The position numbers and the translations under genes were made by a program. The notes below the pieces were generated by a model, which saw only the letters and a list, made by a program, of their open reading frames with translations, was not told where the DNA came from and did not search any database. Source: Gammaproteobacteria bacterium (GTDB lineage: Bacteria > Pseudomonadota > Gammaproteobacteria > Eutrophobiales > Eutrophobiaceae). From it: a stretch of DNA of 64,000 nucleotides. The stretch is taken from NCBI GenBank assembly GCA_965215365.1, contig CBDCDS010000003.1:1664001-1728000 (forward strand), given 5' to 3'. This document shows positions 62,583-64,000 of this stretch, in pieces. Each line of letters opens with the position of its first letter. Position 1 is the first letter of the stretch.

Positions 62583-64000
62583 ATGTCAAACATTAATGAA
62601 GTTCTGTCGTGGTCTCGTGCTGATGTACGCGAGTTGATGGCGCGTGCGGCGGTGCTGCGCGACCAGGGGCACGGGCGGGTTATTTCTTACTCGCCAAAGG
62701 TTTTCATCCCGCTGACGAAGCTATGCCGCGATGTGTGTCATTACTGCGCTTTCGCACAGCCGCCGCGAGCGGGGCAACGGGCTTATCTCAGCATTGAAGA
62801 GGTGCTGGACATAGCCCGGGCCGGTGCCGCGGCAGGTTGCCATGAGGCTTTGTTTACCCTGGGAGACAAGCCGGAGCTGCGTTATCAGGTTGCACGTGAT
62901 GAACTGCAGGCGCTAGGCCATGCCTCGACTCTGTCCTATCTGCGCGCGGCGGCGCAGAAGGTACTGGACGAAACCGGTTTACTGCCGCATTTGAACCCCG
63001 GTGTGATGACCCGCGCTGAACTTGAGGAGTTGCGTCCGGTAGCGGTATCCCAGGGGTTGATGCTGGAAAGTACTTCTGCGCGCCTGTGTGAACGGGGCGG
63101 GCCCCATTACGGTTCACCGGACAAGCAACCGCAGGTGCGCCTGGACGGCATTGCCGCAGCCGGGGCGGCGCGCACGCCGTTTACCTCCGGCATTCTCATC
63201 GGCATTGGCGAGACCCGGCGCGAGCGCCTGCAAGCCCTGCTGGCCTTAAAGGAACTGCATGACGCGCATGGACATATCCAGGAGATTATCATCCAGAACT
63301 TCCGGCGCAAGCCCGGCACGAAGATGCACAGCACACCGGAACCGGCGCTGCAAGAACTGCTGTGGACTATCGCCACGGCGCGCATTATCTTCGGTGCCGA
63401 CATGAATATACAGGCACCGCCCAACCTGACTGCGGCTGAGGCCTTGCCCGACCTTATCGAGGCGGGCATTAACGATTGGGGTGGGGTCTCACCCGTGACT
63501 CCGGATCATGTCAATCCGGAGGCAACCTGGCTGCACCTAGAGCGGCTGCGGGCAGTGACTGAGGCGGCCGGCAAGACCTTGACGCCAAGACTGCCGGTGT
63601 ACCCGGCCTATATCCAGGCACGGGAGACCTGGATCGAGCCGTCCCTGCATACCCGCGTGATACGGAAAACTGACGCCGCCGGCTTCGCCCGTCCGGATGA
63701 CTGGGCGCCGGGGAGCAGGGGAGTGTTGCGGGAATCGCAGGCCAATACGCCCTCGCCCCTAGCGGCAGCGAGCCGGGCTGAGGGGTGGAGCTATGCGGGC
63801 GCGGCGATGCAGGGGCTGGGTTCCATTATCGATCAGGCTGTGGTCGGAACGCGCCTTAATGAGGCCGACATCGTGGCGCTGTTCAACGCCCGCGGCGTTG
63901 ACGAAGAGGTGGTGTTGCAGGCTGCCGATGACCTGCGCCGGCGCGTGAATGGCGACTCGGTCAGCTTTGTCATCAACCGCAATATCAACTACACCAATAT
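62583..64000 (+). CDS. fbiC: Fused FO synthase CofG-CofH, truncated by window edge
   Basis: SYSPKVFIPLTKLCRDVCHYC, EALFTLGDKPE, GINDWGGVSP, in-frame NRNINYTN (CofH start). Confidence 0.93.
   Translation, partial: MSNINEVLSWSRADVRELMARAAVLRDQGHGRVISYSPKVFIPLTKLCRDVCHYCAFAQPPRAGQRAYLSIEEVLDIARAGAAAGCHEALFTLGDKPELRYQVARDELQALGHASTLSYLRAAAQKVLDETGLLPHLNPGVMTRAELEELRPVAVSQGLMLESTSARLCERGGPHYGSPDKQPQVRLDGIAAAGAARTPFTSGILIGIGETRRERLQALLALKELHDAHGHIQEIIIQNFRRKPGTKMHSTPEPALQELLWTIATARIIFGADMNIQAPPNLTAAEALPDLIEAGINDWGGVSPVTPDHVNPEATWLHLERLRAVTEAAGKTLTPRLPVYPAYIQARETWIEPSLHTRVIRKTDAAGFARPDDWAPGSRGVLRESQANTPSPLAAASRAEGWSYAGAAMQGLGSIIDQAVVGTRLNEADIVALFNARGVDEEVVLQAADDLRRRVNGDSVSFVINRNINYTN

Overview
64-kb window from a GC-rich bacterial chromosome, probably a Gammaproteobacterium (parE, xseB-ispA, mazG, yejABEF). 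The Calx-beta/FN3 giant protein, repeated AAA-ATPases and coiled-coil proteins suggest a host-associated, possibly sponge-symbiont, lineage (inference). The housekeeping blocks are yejABEF, a CPA2 antiporter, nitroreductase, dinF, moaB, L,D-transpeptidase with an alanine-zipper lipoprotein, HNH/mazG, ispA/xseB, rubrerythrin-FeS-DUF3501, parE, shc, a PTPS-like gene, an LLM-FAH-M20 cluster and fbiC. They are interleaved with MITEs, IS relics, deletion-riddled pseudogenes, a Mu-like relic and a 12.3-kb gene for a glycosidase-bearing adhesin. Best candidate for an undescribed system: an IS481-family element whose right end lies exactly 6 bp upstream of a sigma70 -35/-10 promoter at all three right-end junctions in the window. 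A non-autonomous derivative of it carries an AAA-ATPase and sits at two sites with different 6-bp target duplications. Two of the targeted promoters drive unrelated secreted-protein genes that each have a poly-C tract (C21, C16) in the signal-peptide N-region, one base out of frame (candidate phase variation). No rRNA, tRNA or CRISPR array was seen. All family assignments come from motif recognition by eye, with no database search.
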